From contig OZ024741.1 of assembly GCA_964016885.1 (NCBI GenBank), positions 97,960,001 through 98,024,000 on the forward strand: a stretch of 64,000 nt of DNA, in the 5' to 3' direction. This document shows positions 60,880 through 64,000 of the stretch, piece by piece (positions within the stretch are counted from its first letter, which is position 1; every line of letters starts with the position of its first letter). Under the pieces are notes generated by a model that did not search any database, had not been told where the DNA came from, and worked only from the letters and a program-made list of their open reading frames with translations. Source of the DNA: Eledone cirrhosa. Lineage: Eukaryota. A program made the position numbers and the translations under genes.

Positions 60880-61164
60880 GGACATTATTATTATGGATTG
60901 GCAGTATCAGTAGAGGGTCGGACGCCATGCTTTCCAGTATAGTTACATCCCTTTACGATCTGAGTTCAAATCCCGCGAGGTTGACTTTGCCGTAATCCTT
61001 ACGGGGTCGATAAAATAAAGCACCATTAATGCACTGGGTAATTGCTGGCCTTGTGCCTAAAGTAGAAACAATTATTATTAATATTATTATTAAACTAAAA
61101 TATGTTGACAATCTTTTAATAATGTCTTCCTTGTTAAATTTGTGGTCTTGTTTTGCTTAACTAA

Positions 61165-61301
<137 letters not shown>

Positions 61302-61304
61302 CAA

Positions 61305-61425
61305 GGCGCGTAGCTGAGTGGGTAGAGAATTAGATTCGTAATCACGAGGTTGTGACTTCTAATCCCGGACCGGGCAATGCATTATGTCCTTGGGCAAGAC
61401 ACTTTATTTCACATTGCTCCTTCTA
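61305..61425 (+). mobile_element. Second tRNA-headed SINE family (decayed relative near 44200-44345)
   Basis: tRNA-like head GGCGCGTAGCTGAGTGGGT..TTCTAATCCCGG followed by TGTCCTTGGGCAAGACACTT core. Confidence 0.65.
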
Positions 61426-61834
61426 CCTGGAGTTGCGACCGATAGAGAGTATTAGCAATTAGAAAGACCAATGGAAACATTGTTTCCTCGGTCTGATTTG
61501 ACGAAAGTCGATCGACTGACGATATCATTCAAATTAATAGATATATGTAAATATATAAAGAGATATGTATTAATCTGTATTATTGATGTTCTGGTCAATT
61601 GTCCATAGACCTTTTCTCTTGAGAAGCACAAATAACAGACATAATTAATATTGTGATACCTTAAATTTGTATCTAAATATATATATATATATATGCGTGT
61701 GTGTGTGTGTCTGTATGTGTGTGAGAGAGAGGTTCAATCAGGGGTAACAACAGAAAGTAAGGTAATGGCTTCTACAGGATTCAAACTGTTTCATTCAAAG
61801 TAAATCATCAGCTAAAACCTTTCCTTCGAATGAA

Positions 61835-63037
61835 ACACGGAGAGGGTAAGGGTGTAAACCTGGCTTCGGTGGGGCTCTGATCAATTTAGATCATGCGAAA
61901 GCAGTCGATAGGGTCGATCATCGCTACTTGTAGGCTGTCGTCAAGGCAGTTGACTTTGGCCTCGTCTTCAGAAGCTGGATCGCTGCAATGCTCAGCGGCA
62001 TCTGTCGGTAGTCAAAATTAGTGGCCATCTCTCGGAACCGTTTCAGATCTCCCGATCGATCCGTACTGACGTACTCACTCTCGAACTTTTATTGCGGAAG
62101 CTGGAGCTGTTGCAGGGCATCCCGCTCCAGCCGGGTCGCGGAAAGGCTGTGTCGGCTTATGCGGACGACATCAGAAATGGGCTGCGAGGTAGCTATCACT
62201 GAAAGGTCGGCTGGAGAAGGCGAATGATTACATCGCGTCTGTCATCTACTACCGCCTGCCATCGTGCCATGGCCGCGTCTGCGCTTCGTGAAGTTGGAAC
62301 GGTTCCTCTTCAAATTCTGTGGAGGGGACGGTTTCCGTTGGTGACGCGGTCCACTTGCTGCCGGTACCCTCTAAGTGGAGGGCTGGGGATGCCGTGGCTA
62401 ATGAAGCGCAGATGGGACCGAGACTGGGTGAGTGGCATCTGGAATGTTGCTAGACTCTCACTGCCCTCTACCATGCGGGAAATGCGGTCAGTGGAACATC
62501 CAATCTCGATAGCTATATAGGATTTGTGGTCGGCAAATGCGACGACGCACCCCGAGAGGCTCTGGGTACCGACGTAGTCGTAATGACCAGTCTGTTCTGG
62601 AGGACTGTCGAGCCGGAGACGATGGATTACTTCCAAAAATCCCTTGCTTCACAGTGATAACGGAGGGCACTGCCGGTTCAATATAAACTCTACACGCATG
62701 GAAGTGCTGTCAGACGGACCTGCGCGATATGCCCGCAGTCGTCCTGTGTCCGTGGATTACTGACATCTGTGAGTGGGCCTACTCTGATCATGCACCTGTA
62801 GGCTAGTGAATTTGAGGGGAGAAGGGTGCCCTTCCCGGGGTCCTCAAAGCTTTGAATGGTTCAGGATTGGTGGGGTACCTGAATCAACCCTATTGGGGAA
62901 TTTTCATTGGTATATTTTTCTTGTTTATTTTTATTGTTTTCCTATGTTTTACTCGATTTTTAATGTAAAACGCCCATTGTCCCCGTATATTGTATTGCCC
63001 CCTATAAGTCGGCCCTCGTGGCCAATAAATGAAACCA
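61835..63037 (+). mobile_element. L1/Tx1-clade LINE remnant with internal deletions
   Basis: Hand translation: INLDHAKAVDRVDHRYL, FRSWI, LELLLRKL..VSAYADDI (YADD at 62158-62169), LWRGRFPLV..PLSGGLGMP, TCAIC; 3' end CCAATAAATGAAACC(ATT)n. Confidence 0.85.
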
Positions 63038-63084
63038 TTATTATTATTACTATTATTAATATTATTATTATTATTCAGTATTGC

Positions 63085-63500
63085 ACTGGGGTAATTGCTG
63101 GCCTTGTGCCAAAAGTAGAAACATTATTATTATTATTATGCGGTCGATTGGCAGTATCCGTAGAGAATCGGACATCATTCTTTGCAGCATAGAGTTACGG
63201 TCCTTTATTTTCTGAGTTCAAATCCCGCCGAGGTTAACTTTGCCTTTCATCTTTACGGGGTCGATAAAATAAAGTACCAGTAGCGCACTGGGGTCGATCT
63301 AATCGATTTTCCCCTCCCAAAAATTGTTGGACATGTGCCTAAATCAGAAACCATTATTTTAATAATGACCAGCCAGTCAGACTCTAACTAAAAAGCGCGG
63401 CCTACTAGAAATAGTACCAGTAATGCCAAACGTAGAAACAATTATTATTATTATTATGGGCTGGGTAATTGCTGGCCTTGTGGCAAAAGTAGAAACAGTT
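63085..63500 (+). mobile_element. SINE cluster: longer variant 63140-63356 plus 3'-end fragments in (ATT)n
   Basis: Consensus matches; the long variant has an extra GGGGTCGATCTAATCGATTTTCCCCTCCC segment. Confidence 0.8.
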
Positions 63501-63501
63501 G

Positions 63502-63549
<48 letters not shown>

Positions 63550-64000
63550 CTATCATCATTACCGACATCATCATCACCAACAACAAAAACAACAAACAGC
63601 AACAACAACAACAATAACAACAGCAACAACATAATTAAAATTAACACATCTAGAAAGTTGCAAGATTATATTTCCTTGACTTTGATGTTATTATCACTGT
63701 TGCTGTTATATTTGGCGGTATGCTACTGCATCAATACAAATCATTTGCCATACATTCATTCTACAATCGCTCATGTTATTAACGCTGTTTAATTTTATTT
63801 TCTCATGCTATTATTCTTATTACTGATGTTCGTAACATACGTATCTTTTGCCAATAATAATCTGCAATGAATTATACTATTGATGAGAATGTTAACGTTT
63901 CACCGTTGATTTTATATTTATACGTTTCCATAAAATGTGTGACCGATGTAGACGTAGTTAATACATATTCACCATTGTTTCCCCATTGTTGGTGTTCAGC

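Noticed and set aside
61305-61375. tRNA gene
   Set aside because: Degenerate cloverleaf and B box followed by a SINE core; better explained as a SINE head.

Overview
AT-rich, microsatellite-laden eukaryotic (animal) DNA. The SINE and retroelement repertoire suggests an octopod cephalopod (inference). No host protein-coding gene is convincingly supported. The window is a mosaic of decayed mobile DNA: six Penelope-like element (PLE) copies or remnants (RT + GIY-YIG), a Dong/R4-type RLE non-LTR element in a (TAA)n tract, two RTE-clade LINE remnants, L1/Tx1 remnants, two non-autonomous Helitrons, about 20 tRNA-derived SINE copies, two ~0.5-0.6 kb tandem arrays, an ACC/ACT minisatellite and a 200-N gap. 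The most notable unannotated signal, found by reading the sequence, is about 20 minimal type I hammerhead ribozyme (HHR) motifs from roughly 11 different sequence families. They occur in PLE pseudo-LTRs (pLTRs), in non-coding fold-back elements inserted in (TA)n that carry HHRs on both strands, and in a 5-copy head-to-tail ~500 bp array (52694-55264) that looks like a retrozyme/circular-RNA element. Some HHRs have U3-A8 compensatory cores or greatly extended stem II, and one pLTR pair carries a SINE in both copies. All structures were identified by eye. No database search or folding program was run, and element boundaries are approximate.
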